From positions 284,270,001 through 284,334,000 of the forward strand of contig OZ024741.1 of NCBI GenBank assembly GCA_964016885.1: a stretch of 64,000 nt of DNA. Direction: 5' to 3'. Below are positions 9,688 through 22,442 of this stretch, one piece after another. The first letter of the stretch is position 1; each line of letters opens with the position of its first letter. The DNA comes from Eledone cirrhosa (lineage: Eukaryota). A program made the translations under genes and the position numbers. The notes under the pieces were generated by a model, which was not told the origin of the DNA, did no database searches, and saw only the letters and a list, made by a program, of their open reading frames with translations.

Positions 9688-12600
9688 ATGACCTCACTCA
9701 GAATAGGCAGCATAAATGCGCGTTGTTTGGGGTCGTCATGGAAGCAGGTCCACCTGCTCCACGACCTCAGGTCACTAAACATAGATGTAGTGGCCATCAG
9801 CGAGTCCAGAATCTCTGAAGCACGGGCCTTCGCACGGATCTTCGGCGGCTACGATGTGTACGCATCTCCCAGCCGTCGGGGGAGGAGTTGCTGTGATTTT
9901 TCGGAGAGGTTTGGATATCGCCATACGGGCCATCTTCCTGGACCCAGAAGGTAAGTTGGTGGTGCTGGACGTGACCAGCGGAGACGGGCAAGCTTTCAGG
10001 CTAGTGGCCGTCTATGCCCCGACAGGAGCAGGACGGCCTGATTTCTTCCGGCGTCTGGAGACGTTTTTTGGAACGTCCCGCTCATTAGTGTTAGTGGGCG
10101 ACTGGAACGGGATCTTAGATGCACGCTGGGACTGTGTGGGATTAGCGGATAGGGGAGGAGGGTGCAATAGTCTCACCAACCTGCTCAGGCGTTTTGAACT
10201 GTCTGACAGGTACCGATTGGATTTCCCGAATGTGCCAATGTGGACTTGGACAAATCGCATAGGGTCATCCAGATCATATCTAGATAGAATATTTTGTAGG
10301 GAAATAGATAGGTCTAGCATAGGCTGTCCACAATTCAAGATAGTCAGCTACACGGACCACAAATTCGTGATCTGTGTGCTTGACTTAGATAGGCTTCATA
10401 GACGAGGACCCGGCTACTGGAAGCTAAACGCGTCCTTACCAGCGCGCAAGGCCTAGAGAGACCGGATTAGCGAACTAGTTAAGCGGGCGTTGACAGGGGC
10501 CATCGTCAACAACAAGTGGTGGTTTGCTCTGAAAAGAGCAATTAGAATAGAGTCCATTAGGTTTAGTAAGGCTTTAGCAATAGAGAAAAATAGAGCAGAG
10601 GGAAAATTAGTTAGAAAATTAGACGAGGCGCTTAGCAAAGGCATCGCGACCGACGTACTTGCGGCGAAAATGGCCCTTGACCAATTCTTCAATGCAAAGA
10701 ACGAAGGCTGCGTTGTCAGAGCTAGGGTGCGTGCTCTCAGACACGAGGGGACGAAAGCCGTTCAATGGGCCCGAGTGGCGGAGGCGCGTCGTGGAAACAA
10801 AGCCACGATCCGGTCTTTGGTGGACCACGACGGGCGTATGCTACTCGATCCCGGGCAAATGTGTGAAGCTTTTCAGCGACACTTCGCTCAACTGTTCGGG
10901 GGCAGCGGCGGGCCGGATCGAGGGATGGACTTTAGTGTCTACCTCGACGGACTGCCGCGGCTCTCGGCCACTGAGGCGGAGTGTTGCGAAAAGCCGATAA
11001 CAGCCGCTGAAGTACGGGAGGCAATGACTGGCTGCACAAGGGGTAAATCGCCTGGTTTGGATGGTCTGCCCTATGAACTTTACGTACAAATGCCAGACTT
11101 GTTCGGAGGCCTCTTGGCGGACGTCTACTGCAACTGGCAACAGAACGGGAGAATTCCCAGCTCTGTGAGCCGAGGAGCGGTGGCGCTGCTGAGAAAGGAT
11201 CCGAACAAGGGGGATAACATAGATAATTTTAGGCCCATAACTCTGCTAAACACAGAGTTCAAGATTTTGGCCAAGGTGCTAGCAAAGAGGTTGGCGCTTG
11301 TCGTTGGTGGTCTGGTGGGAGAGGCGCAGACATGCGCCATTCCCGACAGATCCATCCACGACAACCTCCACCTCATGCGATACATCGTAGAGAGGGTAGC
11401 TAGGGAACCTTTCACGGGTGGGTCCTTGATCAATTTAGATCAGTCGAAAGCTTTCGATAGGGTCGACCGTCGTTACCTAGTGGCAGTCCTGAGGGCGGCT
11501 GGCTTTGGGCCCGTCTTCAGAGGCTGGATCGCTGCCATGCACCTGCTCTGTGGTGAGAGTAAACGGTCACCTTTTGGAACCGTTCAACATCATGCGCTAG
11601 GTCCGCCAAGGATGTCCCCTCTCGTCCTCCTTGTACGTATTGACTCTCGAGCCATTACTGCACAAACTGGAGACGTTGAGGGGGATCCCGCGCGAACTAG
11701 GATGCGGAAGTTCCGTGTCAGCATATGCGGACGATGTCACCGTAGTGGTATCGAACGCCAAACACATCGAGGCGATCGGCACTACACTAAGAGAATACGA
11801 AGCGGTGACAGGAGCAATGATCAACCAGGAAAAGTCAGTGGGCCTGCAGCTCGGCACCTGGAGAGGCAGGTCCATGTCGTCCAACAGCGTCGTCGGGCGC
11901 TGGACGGACGGACCGGTTAAACTGCTAGGGGTCTAGTTCGGTCCGGACCTCCAGACGGACAAAATGGGACGAGGTGACGAGCAGGGTGGCTTCTCTCACC
12001 CAGAAATGGGCGGAGAGGAAGCTATCCCTGAAAGGTCGAGCGGAGGTGGGTAACGTGTACATCGCGTCCGTCATCTACTACCGCCTCACCGTCGTACCTT
12101 GTCCTAAGCCCCGCCTGACTGCGCTGGAGCGTTTGCTCTTTCGCTTTTTGTGGAAGGGACGCGCTCCGATGGTCAATCGGTCCATCTGCTGTCAACACCC
12201 GCTACGTGGAGGGCTGGGAATGCCGTGGCTTATGATGCGGAGACACGCGCTCAGGCTACAACGTCTCCACCTATTCCTCGACGGTGATCAGGTGTAGTCG
12301 CCGTTTGCTAGACGCGTCTTTCTCCAACTCGTCTCCTTGACGGAGCTGCAGTCCTGGGTCAAGCGATACCGAGAGGGAGCGCTTGAAGACTGGTTGTCTT
12401 CAGGCGCTCACAGCCCTCGACCAATCGGGCAATGTGATCGGTGGAAACTCCACCTTGGCGTTCTATAGAGGATTAGTGGAGGGGAAGAGCGACGACGTAC
12501 TTGGGGAAACTCTAGGCGTCGACGAAAATCAACTAGCCAATCTTTTCGGAAGAAATTTCGGGCCGGGGCCTATGGACAACTTCCAGAAATCCCTGGCCTG

Positions 12601-13070
12601 GCAGTGCTACCGAGGAGCTTTGCCAGTGCAGGATAAACTCTACAGGCATGGAGGTGCCGTCAGCCGGGCATGTCCGACATGCGCGCAGGGCGACGAAACC
12701 GTCCTGCACGTACTCGTCCAGTATCCGAGCATTGCTTACTTGTGGGTTTATATCGAACACCTGCTGTCGCGTGTAGGACGGATCCAGCTATCAGCTGAGT
12801 CCATCGTGAGGATTGCCCTGCCCTCTTCCTTTAGTCGGGAAGGGCAGGCAGTTTTTATCTGTCTGGTGGCCATGGCGAAAGAGATAGTATGGCGGACACG
12901 TTTGAAAGGGCTGAAGACGAGCATTCGGTGATGCCCTGATTAACTTTTTCAAATTTCATTTGAAAAGGAAAATCAGGGTAGAGAGGGAAGTGCTCTCTTC
13001 CCAGCATTTTGTTGAAAGATGGGTGAGAGAGGCAAGAATGGCCCGAGCGAGTATGTATCTGTAAATTAAA
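9688..13070 (+). pseudogene. ORF2 of the L1/Tx1 element: APE endonuclease + RT + C-terminal zinc knuckle, frameshifted
   Basis: SINAR, ISES, VYAP, GDWN, YLDRIF, TDH (APE); GYWKLN; KSPGLDGLPYE, FRPITLLN, LDQSKAFDRV, SAYADD (RT); CPTC...ETVLH. Confidence 0.92.
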
Positions 13071-13344
13071 GGTGGAAAACTGGGAGAGGGCACTTGCTCT
13101 GATGGTCAGGGTCACTGTGGCTTTTTAATGGGCTTTCTCCACGAATGTCCCTCGGAAGTCTCCCCCGTATTGGGGAATTTTTCATTGTTATTTTTTTGTT
13201 ACATCCTCTGTATTTGTTTTTTTTTACACGCAGAGATGCCCATTTGTACCGTCCTGTATTGTCCTGTACTGTCCTTAATGTCTACTTTATGTAAACCCTT
13301 GTGGTTAATAAAGAAAACATTATTATTATTATTATTATTATTAT

Positions 13345-14967
13345 TGTTATTGTTATTCCTTGAATCTCAGTCATTGATGTTGGTTAACTGGAAAGTCCGT
13401 TGGATTGAATATCAAGCCACTACCTGCAGCCTCAGATATTCAGGACGTATCGGAGGGTTCTTGCTGTTCCAAGCAAGCATGCCTTTTGAAGCGTTCCAAA
13501 AAGCGTGAAGGGGCCGATTTTCTTTAACCATCCCTGGAAACCTTTGGAGATAGTCCCCAGTGCGCCTATGACAATCGGGATCACTTTGACTTCATGGCAG
13601 TTCCAAATCCTTTTCACCTCCCACTTTAGGTCCTGGTATCGGTTAATTTTCTCCCTCTCCTTCTCTTGCACTCTCGTGTCGAACGGGCAGGCCACATCCA
13701 CAATCAGGCACGATCTTTTTTCTTTGTCCACAACCACCAGGTCAGGTCTATTGTGTTCCAGTTTTTTGTCCGTCTGTATCCTAAAATCCCACAGCACCTT
13801 CACCTGACTGTTCTCCATCACCGCCTCTGGCCTATGCTCATACCATTTCTCAGAATGTGGTAGATTGTTTACTTTGCACAGGTGCCAGTGGATCACCCTG
13901 CCCATCACATCGTGTCTCCAGCCCTTATAGTGGGTCTGGGCTAGGTGTTTACACTCGGACACAATGTGAGCCACAGTCTCCTCTCTCTCTCCACAGATCC
14001 TGCACAGTGGGCTAGCCTCCTCCTTGTAGATATGGTGCTTCAACCACTTCGTTTTGAGGGCCTGCTCCTGCGCAGCCATTAGCATTCCTTCTGTAGCCTT
14101 TTTGAGGTCTCCTCTTCTCAACCAGTTCCATGTCTGTGGATCTCTAAATTCAGTTTTCTCAAAGAAGGTACTATGAAGGGATTTTCCCTTAAGGCTGCTC
14201 TTCCTCCTTGATGTTATTTCCTCCTTGGACATCCCCTGGCCTACTGTCCCCTCCTTCAGTACAGTTCTGAGCATTGGCTCCTTACTATAGGTCACGTATT
14301 TGTATAGGTTGTTTTTCTCCATCTGAACACAGTCCTCTATGCTGATAAGACCTCTTCCACCCTCAGATCTCCTTAGGTAGAGTCTATCGACATCACTCCT
14401 CTTGTGGAACATGTTGTAGATAGTCAATAGCTTCCTAGTCTTCCTATCCATTTCTTTTTGTTCAGCAACATTCCATCTCAGAATTCCCGCACTGTACCTA
14501 ATAATAGACACAGCTCGGGAATTTACTGCGCTTATGGCATTTCTGCTGTTCAGATGTGACTTCAATACGCTCCTTACTCTCCGAATGTATTCAGTTCTTA
14601 ACAATTCCTTCATTTTTTTGTTCTTTATGCCATCAGCCTCCAGAACGCCCAAATACTTGTATCCTTCCTCAGAGTCAATTTCCTTTATCATCTCACCTGT
14701 TGGTATCTGGATCCCGTTACTTCTGCTCAACCTACCCCTCCTCATCACAATGACTCCACATTTACCAATACCAAACTGCATACATATATCACTGCTGAAA
14801 ATACGGACAGTGTCAACAAGCACATCCAACTCCTTCTCACTTTTCCCGAAGAGCTTAAGATCGTCCATGAAGAGGAGGTGATTGATGGTAAGCTCTCCCC
14901 TTCCCAACTTGTATCCTGCTCTCACTTTTCGCAGCATAATGGTCAAGGGCATCAGGGCAAGGACAAA
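13345..14967 (-). mobile_element. R4/Dong copy E, 5'-truncated (~1.6 kb)
   Basis: ORF 13432-14952 is near-identical to the C-terminal 506 aa of copy D; flanked by (TTA)n. Confidence 0.95.
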
Positions 14968-15028
<61 letters not shown>

Positions 15029-15890
15029 GCTTAGTAGAGGTTGGTTTGATTTTAGATTCTTATTATTTATTTTTGCTATGTTTTGAGCAATATTCATAGT
15101 AGTTGAGTAAGAGAGTTTTACTGTATGTCTATTGAAGATAGGGTACGATTTATGAGATCTAGGGAAGCATTTATCTAAAGATTTAAAAAATAAATGTGCT
15201 ACAGGTGTCTTAATACCTAAGAATGCTGGCGGTGCATACCAAATTATAGATCTAGTTCTTAATTTCTTCTTCGATTTATTCATCCAGTTGTGTTTATATT
15301 CATTTTTATGATGATTATTATGAATATAATTAATTTTATTTTGATAGATTTCAGTATTTTTATCTATATATTCAATGTTATTGTTATATCCAGCTTTATG
15401 TAGCGCTTCATTATAATATACAACCTTACTATTAAATATAGATCTATTAGCAGAGAGCCTGGAGATTTTTTGTTGTACACTGTTGACTATCGCATTCTTA
15501 ACACCTTTAAGATGATTAGAATAAATAATTTAAGTTCTCATTAACTTTGTGGAAAGGGTAATAAAGGCCTGAGTTAAGATTTAGAGTCACATCTAAAAAA
15601 TGAAATATTTTATTATTATTTTCTATTTCTAATTTCAGGTCGTAATTTAAAAAAGAATTCTATAATTGCTTTCCTTACTCTATTTAATTCACTATTGTTA
15701 TGTTTTTCTACAATAAATAGTATGTCGTCTCTATATAAACCTCCAGCAATTTTCTATTTATCATGTTAAGGATAAAAATGCCCACTAGATCTGTGATTTG
15801 GGCCGAGTCCGAAGAAACCATCGTAATGTCAAAATTCTTCGGTCTATCAGCCCTAGTCCAGAGATCATTATTAAAATCTATTAAATAAGG
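15029..15890 (-). mobile_element. Penelope-like element fragment (family 1, RT to linker), decayed
   Basis: IIWYAPPAFLGIKTPVAHLFFKSLDKCFP..IFNRHTVKLSYS and FDITMVSSDSAQITDLVGIFIL; homologous to the ORFs at 36899-37636 and 52156-53079. Confidence 0.85.
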
Positions 15891-16225
15891 CGCTATCATA
15901 TGCATACAAACACACAGACCTATCTAGTGAGGAGATAAATATTATATTAACTGCAAGGCGGGATTTCTGCAGTTGCAATTTGTCCGAAGTTTATATTTTT
16001 CTTGGTGCAATACTTGCAATACTTCTGGACTTATATACAATATTCCCCTTCTTGGATAGTCATGCTATACGATTCAAAGGATACCATCGAATCAAATTCT
16101 CTGGTAATCAGTTATCCTGTTAAAGCATTCCAGATATACATAAACAAAACCTTATCTACCCTCACACACACACACACACACACACACGCGCGCGCGCGCA
16201 TATATATATATACATACATACATAC

Positions 16226-16478
16226 GGGTGTGGTTAGAATGTCTCATGAAAAAATTGCTGGACAGATTTTACAGGCAAAACCAACTGGCAAGAGACCCAG
16301 TGGTAAACCACGAGCAACATGGTTGGGTAGCATCCATGAGCTTGGCTGGTCACACTTGGAGATCCACCTGCATCAGTTGGAGATGGTTGCTTCTGGCAGG
16401 ACCCGCTGGAAGGAGTGTTTGAGGACTCTTCCCCCATGAACTTCTCAGGAATAAGTGGGCGAAGAAGAAGAGAAGAAT
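16226..16478 (+). mobile_element. 3' end of an RTE-like LINE
   Basis: VVRM....IAGQIL...PTGKRPSGKPRATW..R..W motif followed by a stop and a (GAA)n-like tail. Confidence 0.7.
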
Positions 16479-16849
16479 TTCAAAAGTAAGATGATAGGAT
16501 CGATACAGTTAACTTTACAGCATCTTTACTGCATGGTTGGAGATTTTTTGTCATTGTAAGAAATCATTATTCGTTATTGATTCTAAAAATCAATGAAGTG
16601 CTTGGTTTGTGCCAAGTATTGTAAATATTTGATGCAAGATGTTGTGACAACTAATATGCTATGTTGTTGATGGCCTTTTTAAGTCTATTTGATTAGCTTA
16701 AGAGATGATAAAAAATTATTGCTTCAACTGTTTGCATCTGTAAGGAGTTTTATTAAACATGTGAATACATGTGAATAAATGTGTCTATACTGGTTCGTCT
16801 TAAACAATACATATCCATTTACATGTCTTCTTTGGTGTTTTTTTTTGCT

Positions 16850-17370
16850 CTATGAATGTGTGTATGTGTGCATATGTGTATGTGTATTGTGCATGCTGGT
16901 GTGTGTGTATATGTGTGTTATATGTGTTGAGTAGATGTGGGGTGTATGTGCATGTGTATGGTGTGTGTGTGTGTGGTGTGTGTGGTGTGTATGTGTGTAA
17001 TGTGTATGTGGTGTGTATGTATGTGTTGGGTGTATGTGTGTATAGGTGGGGTGTATATATATATGGTGTGTATCTATGTGTGTGTGTGTAGTATGTGTGA
17101 GCGGTGAATGTGTGTATATGTATCTTGTGTGTATGTGTTCATGTGTATGTATATGTGTGTGTGTGTATATGTGTCTTTGTATGTGTGTGTTATATGTGCA
17201 TGTGTATTTTGTGTGTGCATGCCTTGTTATAGGTGTGTGTTTGTGTTTTGTTATGTGTGTGTATATACATGTGCATGTGTTGTATGTAAGGGAATATTTT
17301 GTTTTGTGTGTGTGTGTGTTCCATTATGTATGTTTCTGTATGTGAGTGTGTGTGTATCGTATGCATGTAC
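16850..17370. repeat. Degenerate (TG/TATG)n low-complexity tract
   Basis: Direct reading. Confidence 0.95.
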
Positions 17371-17475
17371 TTATTTTGTTAGACATGCATACCTTTTCCC
17401 CTTCCAGGTACAAAGAACTGCTACTCAAAGAACGAACCATTGTTGAGTTACAAATCTCAGAACTGCTCTCCTCAA

Positions 17476-17700
17476 TGTTGGTACCCTGAAATGTAAATCA
17501 GGAGAAATTGTGGAACTGAGAGAAGAGAAGTGGATGTATGCTGTATTCAATAGGTAAGATTGGGTGGGAGTACCTCAGTGAGACTACTCAAAGACAAACA
17601 GCATACGTACAAACTTTACTTGGTAGGAAATGGCAATGGGGTAGGTAGTGTAGGTATTCTACTTGCTGAGAAATGGATACATAAAGTGATAGAGCTTATG
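17476..17700 (+). mobile_element. RTE-clade APE endonuclease fragment
   Basis: Translates with indels as NVGTL..KSGEIVE..RR.VDVCCIQ...GVGSVGILLAEKW. Confidence 0.65.
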
Positions 17701-17704
17701 AATT

Positions 17705-19250
17705 TTAATGATCAAAGGTTAGAAAGAAGATGAAAAGCTATAAGATCCTTCATCCTTCATCAAACGTATGGGCCTGAAAATAACATTTGAACATAACTAT
17801 AAGCTAGCTAATTTCCTAGATGTTAACCTCAATCCCAATTCTAACCTGTTGGAAACTTACCATAAAGTTAATGGAAATCTAACATATATTAGCCGATACT
17901 TCAATTACCCTAAATCCATAATAAATTCCATCACCAAGGGTGTGTCACTTGCGATTTCCAGACTCTCAACCTTCATAAATGCATTTAATCTACATGCTGA
18001 TAATTACAATGTGACACTAGGGAAGGAATAGATTTTATTCCCAATATTAAGGACGTTCAACAACATCATTACCAATTTTAGAAACACTCCGAAACAAGGA
18101 TGAATACACCATAAACACACCATCGTAAATCAGGTAAAAATATTAATCCTATAACCTACAATTTGAAAAATATACGGGTTGAAACAATGGATGAATCTCA
18201 AATATAATCTCTGGCTTGTAAAATACCTGGACAATCTCGAAGCAAATCATACTTATGATATAATCCTTCACACAACAACTTGGTTAAGACTAAGTTATCC
18301 TATATATTCTTCAAAACACTAGATAAGAACTTTTTGCCATCAAATAGATACCACAAAATTTTAAACTGGGAAACAGCTAGACTATCATTCTCAACTACAA
18401 CGAACATAGAAAGTTACATAGCAAGACTAAATAATAAGCAGCTCTGAAAACACAATAACAGTAACCAAACTTCAATTCGAAGTAATAATCCATCCTCATT
18501 TTCATCTCAACCCACTGTATCACATCAAACCAACAATAGCAAGTGGGCATTCCTATCACAGCCCTTCAATGCACCTACCCTAAATGACAGAACAAAAATG
18601 GAATATGATCTTTGAGCAAAGGAAGTTTTATGATAGAAATCTTGATAGGATAGAAATTATTGAATTTTAGACAAAATAGGATATTCAACTATAAGCACAA
18701 ATACCTAAAAATATTTTCTAATTATAACCCCTAGCTAACCCACGATTAGAACCTAGTACTCTACCTCTATTTTTCTCTAAATTTCTCTATTTCTATTTCT
18801 TTCAATTAGCCAGTTTTATTACATAGACAAGTGACGCTAATTCCACTATTTCAGCTTCATCCTTATCTGTCACTGTCAAAAAATTTAAGACTTGTTTATT
18901 TTTTTTATCACAAAAACTACCCCATCGCTTATACGATCTCCTTTGATCTATAAATTAACTATCTCTCAACCAATAACATATTTCATTTATGTAGTACCAA
19001 AAATTGCTGGAAGCCCATAGGTAAACTTATCAATTCTTCCTCTTATTGTATTCGATACTAATATCACTTGAAATCCTAATTATTGTCTTCGTTCTCTGAA
19101 GAGTCGTTGAGTAACAATGTATTGCGAGGGAGTGATTGGAAAAGTTGATAACAGCTCTCGTAGATCCTGTGACATAACTCAATGATGAAACATGTGTTAG
19201 AATATATAATTACATAAGTTTTTCTAATCAAGCCTTGTCTGTTTTTCGTA
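17705..19250 (+). mobile_element. Decayed Penelope-like element with 3' non-coding tail
   Basis: GLKITFE...ANFLDVNL...YHK..LTYI...NYP.SII matches the Penelope RT C-terminus; the tail carries a hammerhead motif. Confidence 0.7.
19091..19203 (+). ncRNA. Type I hammerhead ribozyme motif with long stem II insert
   Basis: gttct-CTGAAGA-gtcgttgagt...actcaatgat-GAAA-catgtg-TT-agaat; stems I, II and a short III all pair. Confidence 0.7.
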
Positions 19251-19270
19251 ACATATTGATTTATATATAT

Positions 19271-19545
19271 ATAATTACGCATGAAGCAAATTATTTACGA
19301 ATAAGTAAATATCTCATTATAAGTCTCACCAAACCACAAACATTATGGCGTCTTTTTAAATGTCAACAAATTCTCTGACTGTGAACAGTTGAGCAGTTTG
19401 GTGAGGCTTATAATGAGATATTTACTTATAAATAACTGATTTTGATTAGTCCCAATAAGGGGACAAAACGTTCGTAAATCAATATTTAATGTAAAAACGT
19501 ATTTGGTAATTACTTTAACGAATAATTTGCTTCATGCCTAATTAT
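19271..19545. repeat. Nested inverted repeat (fold-back)
   Basis: 19271-19294 pairs with 19521-19545, and 19301-19334 pairs with 19396-19429. Confidence 0.8.
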
Positions 19546-19741
19546 TTTTTTTTAACACAATAGGATTTTGTACACATGGTTGTTTGAAAAATCTTTCAAA
19601 GAAATATGAAACATAGCTTTTAGTACTGTTTATTATAATAAATTACTGTATTTTGAGCTGTTTTAACTTCTACCCCTTCCTCCTTCCAATTTTTAATATT
19701 GTTTTTGTAAAAAACGATATTTTTTCTTATATATATACATA

Positions 19742-19791
<50 letters not shown>

Positions 19792-20075
19792 AAATGGGAA
19801 AACTGGCATGGATAGTAACTGTTAGTCTTCCACAAGCAACACCTTGCGCAGGCTTTCATTTTGGCAAATAATTTTATAGATGCAAACCCTAATTCAGTTA
19901 TGAATGAAGGGGGCCTTCAACTGAATTGTTTTTTTTGTGTGTAGAGAGTTCCATAATATTTTCACTTGTGTAGCTTTCTTAATTCTGTAGGGTCTCATCT
20001 GTTTTGGAATTGGAAGAGTCGTTTGTGAAGGTTTTATTTATTTGTAGCAGGGTATTTTTGTTATATGTGTGTGTA

Positions 20076-20157
<82 letters not shown>

Positions 20158-21180
20158 GTTTACATATATATATATATATATAAACGTTTGAATATGTGTA
20201 ATAAAGCCAAAACAATGCAGGTATGGACATAGAAAAAAGAATGCAATTGTAAAAGATATTGTTGACAATTCGTCCTTTACCTTGAATTTATTTAAATGTC
20301 CTTAATTTTCGAGATAATATCTCTTCTTCGGAGGGAAATAAAGGTCTCAAACCAGCGTTCTAAATATCTAGCCAAGCTATGCTGACAGGAAATAGTATAG
20401 AGTATCTGTTCTATCTCTAATATCAAAGAATTAAAATTAGGTGGATAAAGAGTAGTCTCCCTTTAAACGGGGTTTGTTTAGGTTTTTTTTTTGTTTTTAT
20501 TTTATATACATGCCTGTATAAGTGTGTGGGAGAATGCATGAAGGTGTAGGTATGTGGGTGTGTGTGTGTGAGTGTGAGAAGATAGGTCTATTCGTAAATG
20601 TGGGGGGTAGGTGTTATCTGGTGTTAGAACTGGTTTTGTGTGTGTATGTGTGAGAGAGAATAAGTGGAGGTGTAAGCGTGTGTGTGTGTGGGGTGTGTAA
20701 ATATGGGGCTAGAGGCCCTATCAGGTTATAAATTGCGTGTTGAGTTCTAGTCTATTATTGATTGGTGGTTGTGTTTTATTTATAATTAATGCTTCCTTAA
20801 TTCTAAGATTGCCGAGGCTTCTTTCCTTAGTTTCTATCCTAACTGTTATGGTTTTGTCGGTGTTTTTGCATTTAACTAGGTGTTTCTTAAATGAGGAAGC
20901 GTTAGTATTGAAGTGTTCTTTTATTCTTATGTGGAGTGGTCTGGTGGTGCTACCTACGTAGAAGTTGTTGCATTTGTCACACTCTAGTCTGTATACGACG
21001 TAAGTCTGGTGGCATAGGTCTGTGTCGTTGATGGGGCAGTTGGCTAGTCTGCAGCAGTTGTCATGTCTGGTGGAGTATCTCTTGGCCAGCCGTCCGCACA
21101 GAGAAGGACCCGAGTGGGCCAGTTGGATATCCAGTCCCTCTCGTCTGATGGCTCTGCGGATGGCTGTTGTTGTTTCTTCA

Positions 21181-21995
21181 GCATGGAACACCCCGATGAC
21201 CGCGGATCCCTATCCCTACTGGACTTCCAACTCAGGGTAACAGAGGAAGGCAACATCCACACCTGCTTCTATAAAAAATCCGCCAGCAGGGACCTGTTCG
21301 TACATTTCAGATCGGCCCTCCCACTCGGTGCCAAGTTCGGATACATAAGGAACGAACTGGCACGTATCAGGAACAAATGCACCGACGCTAGAGACCGAGA
21401 CACACACACCACACATTTCCTGGAAGTACTCAAACTGAACGGATACACGACATCCACCACAAACCGTGCCAGAAAGAACAGAGGACACCACACCCGAGGC
21501 ACTAACACTTGCTTCCTGAAGCTCCCACACTTCAGTGAAGAAACAACAACAGCCATCCGCAGAGCCATCAGACGAGAGGGACTGGATATCCAACTGGCCC
21601 ACCCGGGTCCTTCTCTGCGCGGACGGCTGGCCAAGAGACACTCCACCAGACATGACAACTGCTGCAGACTAGCCAACTGCCCCATCAACGACACAGACCT
21701 ATGCCACCAGGCTTACGTCGTATACAGACTAGAGTGTGACAAATGCAACAACTTCTACGTAGGTAGTACCACCAGACCACTCCACATAAGAATAAAAGAA
21801 CACCTCAATACTAACGCTTCCTCATTTAAGAAACACCTAGTTAAATGCAAAAACACCGACAAAACCATAACAGTTAGGATAGAAACTAAGGAAAGAAACC
21901 TCGGCAATCTTAGAATTAAGGAAGCACTAATTATAGATAAAACGCAACCACCAATCAATAATAGACTAGAACTCAACACCCAATTTATAACCTGA
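21181..21995 (+). CDS. Penelope RT C-terminus + GIY-YIG endonuclease (5'-truncated)
   Basis: Open frame with CCHH/GIY-YIG motifs. The first 39 codons of the called ORF (21063-21180) derive from the inverted arm. Confidence 0.85.
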
Positions 21996-22404
21996 TAGGG
22001 CCTCTAGCCCCATATTTACCCCCCCCCCCAAAAAAAAACACACGCACGCGCACACACACACGCTTACACCTCCACTTATTCTCTCTCACACATACACACA
22101 CAAAACCAGTTCTAACACCAGATAACACCTACCCCCCACATTTACGAATAGACCTATCTTCTCACACTCTCACACACACACCCACATACCTACACCTTCA
22201 TGCATTCTCCCACACACTTATACAGGCATGTATATAAAATAAAAACAAAAAAAAACCCCGTAAACAAACCCCTTTTAAAGGGAGACTACTCTTTATCCAC
22301 CTAATTTTAATTCTTTGATATTAGAGATAGAACAGATACTCTATACTATTTCCTGTCAGCATGGCTTGGCTAGATATTTAGAACGCTGGTTTGAGACCTT
22401 TACT

Positions 22405-22442
22405 TCCCTCCGAAGAAGAGATATTATCTCGAAAATTAAGGA
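22405..22442 (+). ncRNA. Putative minimal hammerhead variant (mirror copy at ~20299-20336, minus strand)
   Basis: cct-CCGAAGA-a-gagat att atctc-GAAA-at-TA-agg; short stems, but located at the Penelope 3' end. Confidence 0.45.

Larger units (their letters stand above)
7542..13318 (+). mobile_element. Apparently full-length, decayed L1/Tx1-type LINE
   Basis: Two-ORF layout, a 3' UTR with AATAAA at ~13306-13311 immediately before (TTA)n, and (TTA)n also at the 5' end. Several stops and frameshifts. Confidence 0.9.

Noticed and set aside
16852-17446. Cys/Val/Tyr-rich ORFs (also 27163-27760, 49575-50355, 61181-61681 and others)
   Set aside because: Translations of TG/TA/TATG microsatellites.
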